Under the pieces are notes generated by a model that did not search any database, was not told the origin of the DNA, and saw nothing but the letters and a program-made list of their open reading frames with translations. Below are positions 17,255 to 25,526 of a stretch of DNA of 25,526 nucleotides, piece after piece. The DNA comes from Promethearchaeota archaeon. Its GTDB lineage: Archaea; Asgardarchaeota; Lokiarchaeia; Sigyniarchaeales; SOKP01. The DNA lies in contig JAFGGO010000099.1 of the NCBI GenBank assembly GCA_016930515.1, forward strand, positions 1 through 25,526, in the 5' to 3' direction. Position 1 is the first letter of the stretch, and every line of letters starts with the position of its first letter. Position numbers and translations under genes: made by a program.

Positions 17255-18841
17255 TTAAAACACCTCAAAGTCAGATTCTTCATCCTCTTCTTCTCCGTCG
17301 TCTATATATAAATCCAAATCTATATCGTCAAATTCGTCATCATCGGAAAGTTCAAATCCTTCAATCCCATCTTTATCCTTAGCTTCAGTTTCTGGTTGAT
17401 TTATGATTTTAAATAATTTTTCTTTATCCTCTTCTTCTTGTTGATATGTAGAGAATACTTCTTCGATGGATTCGAAGTCTTTTATATTAAGTTTGACCCA
17501 TTCTTTAATTTGATTTCGTAATTTAGAATAATTTGGTTTTCTATCTGTTAATTCGGTTTTTAGATCGTCCATCAAGCCAAGTACTTTTTCTTTTATTGGG
17601 GAGAACTTCTGATTCTCTTCTACCAAGGCTAAGAAGATTTCCCGTTCTATTTCATCAATGGTCAAATCAGTACCAGATGTTTTTATGGTATCAAGAGAAG
17701 AATATAAATCCTTGCTATATGTTCTAACGTCTAATAGCGCAAATTCGTCTAAAATCTTTTTGCGAAGCTTATTAAGGTTAATTTCTAAACGAGAATACTT
17801 TATTTCTCCTTTTATTGAAAAAACTAAAATCATCGTATCAAGATCTTCTCTTGAAAAATTAGGATTGTTTTTTTTCAATGGAATGTTGTAATTTCTAACC
17901 CGTTGAACAATCATATCAATAGCTTGATCAAAGGAGTTTGTTGACCCAATATCAATCGAGCTCATGGAATAGAAGCGCCTATTTGGAATTAGATGAGGAT
18001 CTGAAGCACCATTATCGCAGGCAATTGGTCTAATATTTCTTTTATAAAATTCCTTTCCCGTAATATTACAAATAATTGCCCCTCTAGGATATTGTAAACT
18101 CGGAATTTCGAAAATATCCGTTGTTTCTAAACTCCCTGGATTGAATATCCATGGTTCCGAAGCCGGATAAGAAAATGACCTGTGATAATGTCCTAATGCC
18201 AAATAATCAATCTTTTCACCAAGTTTCTTCAAATTATCGCTTATTTCTATACCTGGCTTTTTCTTGTCATAACCTTGAACGCCAAAGTGCATCATTAATA
18301 TGTTAAACTTTGAGGAATCGGAGTTTATTTCGTTGTAAATAGATGGAAAAAGGTTTTCAGTAAAACTTCCATAGTAGGGAAGCCCATATATATTACAATC
18401 CTTTATTTGTATCGTTCCTCCCCTGCGAGTTTCGTGTGAGTATTTTTGAAAACTCACTTTTTTCGAATTTTTATCGAATTGCCCGTTTAGTAAAATAATT
18501 AATCCCAAATCGGCCAAGAAACTCATCCACGATTGGGAAGAATATATTGGATTGTCGTGATTTCCTTCAATGCATATAATTTTTATATCTCTTTTTAACC
18601 TTTTATTACATTCAAGCTGAAAATCGGTTACAATATTATAGACTTCACTTAGGACGGACGGTCCAATCTTCTTGTTATCGAATAGATCTCCAGAGATCAG
18701 AATGAAATCCACTTCTTCCTTGATACTAAGTTCCAAAATCCATTTAAAAGCCTCGAAATAATCCCGATATCGTTCTTCAAGATTGTATTGTTTTTTCCCG
18801 AGGTGCAGGTCCGCAATGTGGATATACTTAACAGGATCCAT
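17255..18841 (-). CDS. mre11: Mre11/SbcD metallophosphoesterase nuclease with long acidic C-terminal tail
   Basis: HIADLHLG, SGDLFD, EGNHD, MMHFG, LGHYH and NPGSLE. Lies 3 nt upstream of rad50. Confidence 0.93.
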   Translation of the reverse strand: MDPVKYIHIADLHLGKKQYNLEERYRDYFEAFKWILELSIKEEVDFILISGDLFDNKKIGPSVLSEVYNIVTDFQLECNKRLKRDIKIICIEGNHDNPIYSSQSWMSFLADLGLIILLNGQFDKNSKKVSFQKYSHETRRGGTIQIKDCNIYGLPYYGSFTENLFPSIYNEINSDSSKFNILMMHFGVQGYDKKKPGIEISDNLKKLGEKIDYLALGHYHRSFSYPASEPWIFNPGSLETTDIFEIPSLQYPRGAIICNITGKEFYKRNIRPIACDNGASDPHLIPNRRFYSMSSIDIGSTNSFDQAIDMIVQRVRNYNIPLKKNNPNFSREDLDTMILVFSIKGEIKYSRLEINLNKLRKKILDEFALLDVRTYSKDLYSSLDTIKTSGTDLTIDEIEREIFLALVEENQKFSPIKEKVLGLMDDLKTELTDRKPNYSKLRNQIKEWVKLNIKDFESIEEVFSTYQQEEEDKEKLFKIINQPETEAKDKDGIEGFELSDDDEFDDIDLDLYIDDGEEEDEESDFEVF

Positions 18842-18875
18842 TATTAATTACTTTTATTTTTAGTTTGAATTAAAT

Positions 18876-21800
18876 TTATTGCCTATATCGAAATCTAATT
18901 TCTTTTTCTTGATCTTTATCATCTATTATTGTCAATTTTTTCTCTGTATTACAATAATTATATGCATATTTTCTTATTTGAGCGGCCTCTTCCATTACTT
19001 TACGATCGCTTGGTATGTTATTCAAAAACATGTCGCTCGAAATTAAAATTACCTTACATTTTGCTCGAGATGTTAGAACATTAAATCGATTAAGATTATA
19101 AATAAATTCAACTTCAGCGTTGAGTTGATCCTTATCGGATAAACCAATTGAGGCAATAATAAATTCTCGATCCGATCCTTGAAATTTTTCAACTGAATAG
19201 ACCGTATTTTTGAGTAGTTTCATTAATAAAGCAGGCTCGAGCAAGGTTTTTTTATCAATTGAATCTATCATTTTAGTATATATTTTTCGGATAATTAAGC
19301 GTCCTTGAGCGTTGTGAGGCGCAACAACACCAATTTTTTCCTTCCAAAAATTTTGCTCGTCTTGTTTAGTTTTGAGCTCACTCATTTTAAAATATCCAAT
19401 TACAAGTTCTGAAACCATTTCAGCTTCTAATGTACTCACTCCTATCTCGTATTTATTATCGTGAACGAGAGCACCAACTATTTTATTTGGATCCAAAACA
19501 TCCTTAATCCAAGTAGTTTTAATATTATTTAAGTTACCACCAAGTTTCAAACTTGCGTTTAATGGTGCAGCTTTTAATTTCTTATAAACTCCCAACATTG
19601 AAGTAAATTTCACAATTGCCTTGTTAGATCTGTAATTAACTTGGAGTTGACGGCTAGGAATTGAATGTGCTTGAACATAATAACCAAACAAGCTTTGCAG
19701 GACTTTTTCTAAATTTTTTGGAGGATTTAAAGGTTGCACGGGGGGAAGTTGATTATAATCACCAACTATAATTATTTTTGTAAGTTTTGCAATTTCTTGA
19801 TTTCGATCGATTTCCAATCGGTTAATCATTGAAGCGTCTTCAATTAATTTATTTGGTTTATAGGTAATACTTGGTTTTCGGAGCTCAAGCTTAACATTTC
19901 TTACGAATTGGAGGCTCGACATGAAATAATCAACTTGTAGTTGACTTGCCTCGTCAACGATAATCAGATCGAAATAAAAGTCGGATCTTACCCTTTCTTT
20001 TAAATGATATAATTGATGAGCATTTGCGAATAAAATAAAATCCTCTTCTAAGGACTCTTCTAATGGTCTTGTTGCGGTGACCGTTCTAGATTGACCGTTT
20101 AATTTCCAAGAATATCCCTTTCTTAGCAAATCGTCCACATCCCTGCACCCTGCTTTTTTATCAACGGGTTTTTGATGTTCAGAGCGTAAAAATATTAGTT
20201 GGGTTTTTGCTGAACTTGTTGGATTTCCTGATTTATCATTGCTTTGTCGCACTTTATTTATAATAACTCGAATTGCTGCGTAGGAAAACGCAGTTACCAA
20301 GATCCTATTTTTAATACATTTCTGCTTATTTCTCTCGATATATTCGTCAATCAGGGCTGCAATTGTTTGGGATTTTCCCGTACCTGGGGGGCCTTGAATT
20401 GCAGAAATAAATTGTCCTAAAGAATTATTAATTGCTCGCGATTGAGATCTATCTGGAGGAGGTAATATTGGAGTAATTAATGGTCTCTTCAAATTATTTT
20501 TTTTCACATCGATAAGCTGAAATAGCAGTTCTGGAGCAAACAAATAGATCGAAGGCGAATTAAATACCCAACTTGAAGGCCAGCGTAGTTTAGGATTAGA
20601 TCTAACCTTCCATAAATAGGAGCGCCGACTTCCTAACCATGAAGTACCGAAGGAGTGTCTTTGGAGAAGTCCGTCTTCACGATAGAGCTTGTTTGACCAA
20701 CTATCAACAGATGTGGGATATACATACCAAGCAGTATCGTTAACATTATGAATATATTTTCTAAAGAACTTTCCCCTAGTTAATTCAGATTCAACGATAT
20801 ATCCATTGTTTTCATTGCTCCAGGTTAATTTTTTAATAATTATCTTGCATTTTTCCATGTTATTTCCTGATCTCATTCCTCTTTTATTGTCAGGAATTAA
20901 ATAGACGCGATCACCTTCGTCTATTTTCATGTTGCTCGAAAGATTTACTAAAAAGAATTGAAAGGATACCTTTTTATCAAAGTCAAGCATCTGCAAGTTA
21001 GTAACCTTACCAGCAGCTAATTTTGCAATGCTATATTCGGGATATATCGTTCGAAATCCTTCAGCTTCGGTTTCGTCCATCGCACCGAGGTATTTAGAAA
21101 ATAAGTACCATACTTGGGCTATTGGGTGGTAATGCGAATCTAAAAAAACGCTTTTTAACTTCTTATCAGTTATGACTCTTGAATGTTTTGAAACAAAACT
21201 CCCCCCCTCTCTTTGGAAGTAGGATCTCAAGTCGTTAATAGTCCTGACTTTAAACATGAGTTGCTGCTTGAGCTTTTTCTTTAATTCTTTATTTTTAGTG
21301 GGATCTTCTTCAAGAAGATAATCGTACCAGTTATTGAAATCCATATAATTGAAATGAGGAATCCAATACATCGAATTTACCTTTTTATCAAGCAGTCTTT
21401 TTGCGATTTCGTGCCAGGTGTAAGATATTATGCCTGGAATTCCAAAAATGGTCTCAGAAAACTTTTGAATGTCAAATAATTTTTTATGCTGATACGGATG
21501 GGTTACCTCCGAATCAGAAGGTTTGAATAGAGAAAGAATCGAATTTAAAGAGTTAGCCGTTTTGGGATCGTCAATGATGTATTCAAGAGTGCGCTCGAGC
21601 ATGTCTTGAAAATTGTTTAATTGTCTTGAAGACCAATAATAAAAGCTCGTTGTTGGTCCAAAAAACTTTCCAGGCTCAAAAGCTTCCACTACAACATAAT
21701 TTTCAATGATATTGCACATATCAAATATTGTACTAAGGTAATTTATCACATGTTTTGAGAACTTCGCTTCGGATTCATCAGTGTCTCCCTCGTTCACGGA

Positions 21801-23345
21801 AGCGAACTGATAAATAACAATGGTTCGCTTACGAACCCCAGTTCCATTTTTTCTTGGTTCTCCTTTAGGAAATATTAGAAATTTCTTTAGCGTGATTAAA
21901 TAATTTAAAAACAACTCTACATATTCTAAAGGTATTTTTCGGAACAAAAATGCGTTGAGCATTTCGTGTATTTCCTTGGCAGTTTTGTGGGCTTTCAATG
22001 CTTCGTCCCAAACTTGCCACCAGTTGTCAAACATTAAACTATAAGCAGAATTTGGTGATATTGAAATATATAAATAAAGACCAACACCATATACTCTTTG
22101 ATTAGCTGGATCGGTCTCAATAGCAATGTTTAAAGCGATTGATGTAAATTTAGGTATTAAATAGGCATGAACCTGCCCCATCTGAGGGGGGATGATATCG
22201 TCGTTTATAATTGCGCGAGCTTTCAAGTCTAATAGTGGTTTCTCAGAATACAATGGTTCGGGAGTATCGCCAATCTGAATGCTTTTCAAATTATTGTTCA
22301 CATCCCCTATCGTTTTCATTCCCTTTTCCATCAATTGTTGAGCAATAGAAGTAGATGTATATGGAAGCAACATTAAAGACCAATCCTCTGGAGAAGTTGA
22401 TCCATCAACTCCTAAGAATTTTTTACAATCCTCAATAAAAAAACAATAACCGCAATTAGATTGAATGTTTACTGGAATATTTGAAATATTGCAAGGTGTT
22501 TTCATCCAGAGTTTTTTAATCTCATTGATGGTCTCTATGAAGATTCTATGCGATTCGTTAAAATGGATTCCGATGGAAAGCTCGTGAATATCTTGAATAT
22601 TTTTAATCATGAGTTTGTCGTCAGTATTATAAGGAAAGATGGCGTTGTTATCGATATTTATGAAAAATTTATCAGTTAATCTTTTATGACGCAAATAATA
22701 CGAAAGCGTCCACATATAATAAAATATTTCTGTAAATTGCTTTTTCCCGATCTTTTCTTTCCTTATGTTTTTAATGTCTATTACATTTATTCCGTATCGA
22801 TTATTCAGTTCGATTTCGGGAATTGAGCGAACAGTACCCTCGGGTAAAAGCTCTTTAGTTTTTCTAGCGTTTTTTCCCTTAATTTTTTGAATCACGAGAA
22901 TATCGGGTCTTTGCCTTGCGTAATCTACAGGCACTCGATCGTTTGGATGCTTTAATTCGAATAAGTCTCGAAAAAAGGATTCGGGAATTTCAAACTCGTG
23001 TTCGAGCAAGACGAGAAAATCATCTTGAGAGCTTGAAAGCATTGAATGATAACTCAAAAATTCTTTTTCGTCTAAAAAAGATTCCGTGACACTACTATTT
23101 TGAGAGATCTCGCATTTAACATTGGTTAAACTAGTTATTTTTGAATATACTTTTTGTTCGTACTTTTTTCCAAGCTTTTCAAGGTTTTCGGATCCCCGAT
23201 ATTTTCGCTTGGGTTTTTCGAGCTCCACTATTGGATCGAACCACAAGTATGGTTTATTTCTACCAAGATCTAGAAAGAGCTGCCTTTCGCATTGTGTTTG
23301 AACATACCGGGTTAAAACCTGCTTGTTAAAATTATTCTTATCCAT
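18876..23345 (-). CDS. RecB/Cas4-like PD-(D/E)XK nuclease + RNase H-like domain + Upf1/Dna2-like SF1 helicase
   Basis: N-terminus: CERQL, RPDIL, IDIK, EIFYY, CGYCFFIEDC. Middle: NIAIETDP, LFDI, SYTW. C-terminus: QGPPGTGKS, VTAFS, IVDEASQ, VGDYNQLPP, NYRS, VAPHNAQ, VEKFQGSDRE, RFNVLTSRAK. Confidence 0.88.
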   Translation of the reverse strand: MDKNNFNKQVLTRYVQTQCERQLFLDLGRNKPYLWFDPIVELEKPKRKYRGSENLEKLGKKYEQKVYSKITSLTNVKCEISQNSSVTESFLDEKEFLSYHSMLSSSQDDFLVLLEHEFEIPESFFRDLFELKHPNDRVPVDYARQRPDILVIQKIKGKNARKTKELLPEGTVRSIPEIELNNRYGINVIDIKNIRKEKIGKKQFTEIFYYMWTLSYYLRHKRLTDKFFINIDNNAIFPYNTDDKLMIKNIQDIHELSIGIHFNESHRIFIETINEIKKLWMKTPCNISNIPVNIQSNCGYCFFIEDCKKFLGVDGSTSPEDWSLMLLPYTSTSIAQQLMEKGMKTIGDVNNNLKSIQIGDTPEPLYSEKPLLDLKARAIINDDIIPPQMGQVHAYLIPKFTSIALNIAIETDPANQRVYGVGLYLYISISPNSAYSLMFDNWWQVWDEALKAHKTAKEIHEMLNAFLFRKIPLEYVELFLNYLITLKKFLIFPKGEPRKNGTGVRKRTIVIYQFASVNEGDTDESEAKFSKHVINYLSTIFDMCNIIENYVVVEAFEPGKFFGPTTSFYYWSSRQLNNFQDMLERTLEYIIDDPKTANSLNSILSLFKPSDSEVTHPYQHKKLFDIQKFSETIFGIPGIISYTWHEIAKRLLDKKVNSMYWIPHFNYMDFNNWYDYLLEEDPTKNKELKKKLKQQLMFKVRTINDLRSYFQREGGSFVSKHSRVITDKKLKSVFLDSHYHPIAQVWYLFSKYLGAMDETEAEGFRTIYPEYSIAKLAAGKVTNLQMLDFDKKVSFQFFLVNLSSNMKIDEGDRVYLIPDNKRGMRSGNNMEKCKIIIKKLTWSNENNGYIVESELTRGKFFRKYIHNVNDTAWYVYPTSVDSWSNKLYREDGLLQRHSFGTSWLGSRRSYLWKVRSNPKLRWPSSWVFNSPSIYLFAPELLFQLIDVKKNNLKRPLITPILPPPDRSQSRAINNSLGQFISAIQGPPGTGKSQTIAALIDEYIERNKQKCIKNRILVTAFSYAAIRVIINKVRQSNDKSGNPTSSAKTQLIFLRSEHQKPVDKKAGCRDVDDLLRKGYSWKLNGQSRTVTATRPLEESLEEDFILFANAHQLYHLKERVRSDFYFDLIIVDEASQLQVDYFMSSLQFVRNVKLELRKPSITYKPNKLIEDASMINRLEIDRNQEIAKLTKIIIVGDYNQLPPVQPLNPPKNLEKVLQSLFGYYVQAHSIPSRQLQVNYRSNKAIVKFTSMLGVYKKLKAAPLNASLKLGGNLNNIKTTWIKDVLDPNKIVGALVHDNKYEIGVSTLEAEMVSELVIGYFKMSELKTKQDEQNFWKEKIGVVAPHNAQGRLIIRKIYTKMIDSIDKKTLLEPALLMKLLKNTVYSVEKFQGSDREFIIASIGLSDKDQLNAEVEFIYNLNRFNVLTSRAKCKVILISSDMFLNNIPSDRKVMEEAAQIRKYAYNYCNTEKKLTIIDDKDQEKEIRFRYRQ

Positions 23346-23617
23346 GATTATATCTTATACTATATTAAATCCAGATAATTCGTCATTAGTTCTTTAACTA
23401 TTGTGTTACTCATAAATAATCCTTTAATAATCTTTTAAATTAAAAATCGCTTTAATATACAAGGTCTCTAAAAGATTATTAATAGGCTATTTTTACTTTC
23501 TTCATGGATTAATGAAAAAATTATCTGGCAGTAGCGATTTAAAAATGATCTAAATTTAAATTTCTTATCGTATTTAGTTAAGAAATACTCTTATAAACGG
23601 GCAATCGAGACGCGAAA
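23346..23617. promoter_or_regulatory. Divergent promoter region between the helicase-mre11-rad50 operon and the SWIM-like operon
   Basis: 272-nt AT-rich gap between head-to-head genes with several TATA-like elements. Exact boxes cannot be assigned. Confidence 0.5.
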
Positions 23618-24115
23618 ATGGCTAAAAAACCAGTAGATAAAGAAATAAAGGATTTTGTTGATAAATTAAATAGAACAATAAAAGATTCTAGCGTTCCCCC
23701 TCGAATCAGCAAGGCTATTTCCATGTTCAAGAAACAGAGAAACTTACTTTACCTTGATAAGAATGGGGCTGAATTAAAGGCAGTAATCAAATCGCAAACA
23801 AACAACGATTTGGACTACGCCATCTCAATTAAAAGCGACGGCAATTTCTTTTGTGGAACCCAAAATCTTCGTCCTTGTGGAGGGTTGAGAGGTAAAATAT
23901 GCAAGCACATCATATTAGGATTGATCGCCGCAATTAAATCGGGCGAAGCAGACATTAATAGCATGATAGAGTGGGTTCAAAAAACGAGCTCTAATAAGCC
24001 CTCCTTGCTTAGAGACGAGGCAATGGAGATATTCGTCAAATATAAATGCGCATTAGATGGTGAAATAGAATGGAGACCCATTGAGCTTCTTCCCGAAGAT
24101 TTCATAGCGTTCTAA
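23618..24115 (+). CDS. SWIM-like zinc-finger protein
   Basis: RISKAISM...LKAVIKSQT...YAISIKSDGNFFCGTQNLRPCGGLRGKICKHIILGL: the beta-meander plus C...C...CxH layout of SWIM proteins, with an expanded spacer. Confidence 0.75.
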   Translation: MAKKPVDKEIKDFVDKLNRTIKDSSVPPRISKAISMFKKQRNLLYLDKNGAELKAVIKSQTNNDLDYAISIKSDGNFFCGTQNLRPCGGLRGKICKHIILGLIAAIKSGEADINSMIEWVQKTSSNKPSLLRDEAMEIFVKYKCALDGEIEWRPIELLPEDFIAF

Positions 24116-24135
24116 ATAATGAATCACAAATAATC

Positions 24136-24480
24136 ATGCTAGAAAATTTAGATATTAAAAAAATTTTTGACATCTTGGACGCTATATCCTCCAAACTAAG
24201 CGAAATCTTGATTAGAGGTATTGAAAATATTGGTCAAGGTGAACTTGATGATATTGCCAGATTAAACTCCAAGTTTCAAAAAATGAACTTGGAAGTTGCA
24301 AGCGATTTATTAAATTCCTTTTTCGAAAAAATTGATCATCTTAAAAATGGAATCAATGACAACAAACTAAAAAATAGCTTGGCAAGCGATATATTAAAAG
24401 TTATCACCTCAATGAAGATGTTTGAGATAGTTTTAACAACCGAAATAGTAAAAAACGGACTAAAAACAGTAGAAGAATGA
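24136..24480 (+). CDS. Small alpha-helical hypothetical protein
   Basis: 114 aa of amphipathic helices (LSEILIRGIENI). Gaps of 20 nt and 1 nt to its neighbours suggest an operon. Confidence 0.75.
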   Translation: MLENLDIKKIFDILDAISSKLSEILIRGIENIGQGELDDIARLNSKFQKMNLEVASDLLNSFFEKIDHLKNGINDNKLKNSLASDILKVITSMKMFEIVLTTEIVKNGLKTVEE

Positions 24481-24481
24481 T

Positions 24482-25526
24482 ATGAGTCTTCAAATAGAGA
24501 ATGTGTCTAAACAAATCAAGCAATTAATGGAAAATTTAACCTATAACGGTTTAAATTTAGTTTCAAAAGAAAATATCAGGCAATTAGAATTATTCCTGCA
24601 AAACACCTCCCAGCTAGGAGCCTATCGTCTCGCTACATCTTTAAGATACTTGCACGTGGAACTTAATCGCTTTTTAACCAACAGTTCAGCTTTCAACATT
24701 GAAAGATATGTTTTTTTTTTAAATAATTGTTGGTTGCAAAGTCGTGCTTTTTTGTCAGAAACCCTTTTAAAAGATAAACGCAAAATTTTTAAAGAAACAC
24801 TTATGAAGAGGCCTTCCAAGCCTCAATTATTAAAAGAATTAGAGCTTAGAGTTGCTGGAATCGAAAAAGTCTTATTAGAAGGTTCAATGTTTGGATTTAT
24901 TTTTCACATCCTCAGCTTGTCTGGTCAAAGTAAGGGTAAAATATTTCAGTGGAGCTTATTACAACCACCTCAGGGTTCAATACAACCAGAATTATTATTG
25001 GGGCAATCTTTTAAAAATTCAAGACCAAAATCTTTGATAGGTTCGATTATATATAAGAAATTTCAAGCACAAAATGTGCCGAATTTGGAGAAGGAAGGCA
25101 TTATTTTTCTTATGAGGGAGCCAAATACGAAGATTCTTTTTACAAAAAAAGAATCAAATAAAAATGTTTCTTATGATTCTGATTCAATTGCTATTTTACA
25201 AGATTATAGCCAATCTGCTTCTGAAATACTCCAGCTCATAGAAAATAATGACAATTCCACACCTTTTGATGTACCAAAGATTAGTTTAGATTATATCTAC
25301 CTTAAGAATGTTAAAATATCTAATTTCGAAAGAGAAAATAATAAGTATTCCAAGAATAATACTGTCGTTTTTAAAATTGAACATAAAAATCATTACAATC
25401 TCCACACCAGAATACTGGATAAAATAATCAATCAAAAACTCATTAATAAGCTAGAATTGTTCTACGAAAATCAAAATCTAATTGAAGGAATGTTTGGAAA
25501 ATTATGTATGCAACGAGGACAGCTCG
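24482..25526 (+). CDS. Hypothetical protein, truncated by the window end (absent from the ORF track)
   Basis: ATG at 24482, open for 348 codons to the end: MSLQIENVSKQIKQLMENLTYNGLNLVSKENIRQLELFLQNTSQLGAYRLATSLRYLHVELNRF...FFLNNCWLQSRA...MFGKLCMQRGQL. Confidence 0.85.
   Translation, partial: MSLQIENVSKQIKQLMENLTYNGLNLVSKENIRQLELFLQNTSQLGAYRLATSLRYLHVELNRFLTNSSAFNIERYVFFLNNCWLQSRAFLSETLLKDKRKIFKETLMKRPSKPQLLKELELRVAGIEKVLLEGSMFGFIFHILSLSGQSKGKIFQWSLLQPPQGSIQPELLLGQSFKNSRPKSLIGSIIYKKFQAQNVPNLEKEGIIFLMREPNTKILFTKKESNKNVSYDSDSIAILQDYSQSASEILQLIENNDNSTPFDVPKISLDYIYLKNVKISNFERENNKYSKNNTVVFKIEHKNHYNLHTRILDKIINQKLINKLELFYENQNLIEGMFGKLCMQRGQL

Noticed and set aside
22400-23345. Cas4-like nuclease domain as a sign of a CRISPR-Cas locus
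   Set aside because: No repeat-spacer array or cas1/cas2 in the window; the domain is fused to an SF1 helicase in a repair context.
23444-23540. AGCGATTT octamer in inverted orientation twice in the divergent promoter region and once at the rad50 3' end
   Set aside because: Too short and irregularly spaced to distinguish from chance without comparative data.
1363-24819. Short ORFs overlapping longer genes (e.g. 1363-1641, 2722-2925, 2825-3106, 3924-4163, 4140-4364, 6439-6714, 7715-8123, 10800-10994, 11943-12961, 13463-13684, 15809-16682, 17533-17891, 23141-23329, 24622-24819)
   Set aside because: Antisense or off-frame shadows of well-supported genes or pseudogenes, with no motifs of their own.

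Overview
AT-rich archaeal chromosomal window. An Asgard/Lokiarchaeia origin is inferred from the archaeal-type pantoate kinase, the HPS-RraA fusion, an LRR relic and the low GC; no marker gene in the window proves it. The left half (1-11.5 kb) is metabolic: a MeaB/ArgK GTPase, a DUF362 Fe-S protein, a pok / hps-rraA / panE CoA-precursor cluster, HEAT, YhhN and QueG-like Fe-S genes. It also holds two pseudogenes the ORF track misses, an LRR fragment and a DMT/EamA transporter. The right half carries a 12-kb co-oriented minus-strand DNA-break-processing locus. In transcription order it is a 1489-aa RecB/Dna2-like nuclease-SF1 helicase, mre11, rad50 (non-canonical CX6C hook), two adjacent 'hypothetical' proteins that both look like divergent Ku core domains, and a compact ATP-dependent DNA ligase with a possible WGR-like C-terminal domain. 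The best candidate for an undescribed system is this putative heterodimeric-Ku NHEJ module joined to Mre11-Rad50 and a Dna2-like enzyme, with no herA or nurA beside it. A second candidate is the HPS-RraA fusion sitting between pok and panE, which may supply ketopantoate without PanB. A divergent SWIM-like Zn-finger operon begins at the right edge and is truncated. All homology calls were made by eye from motifs; no searches were run.
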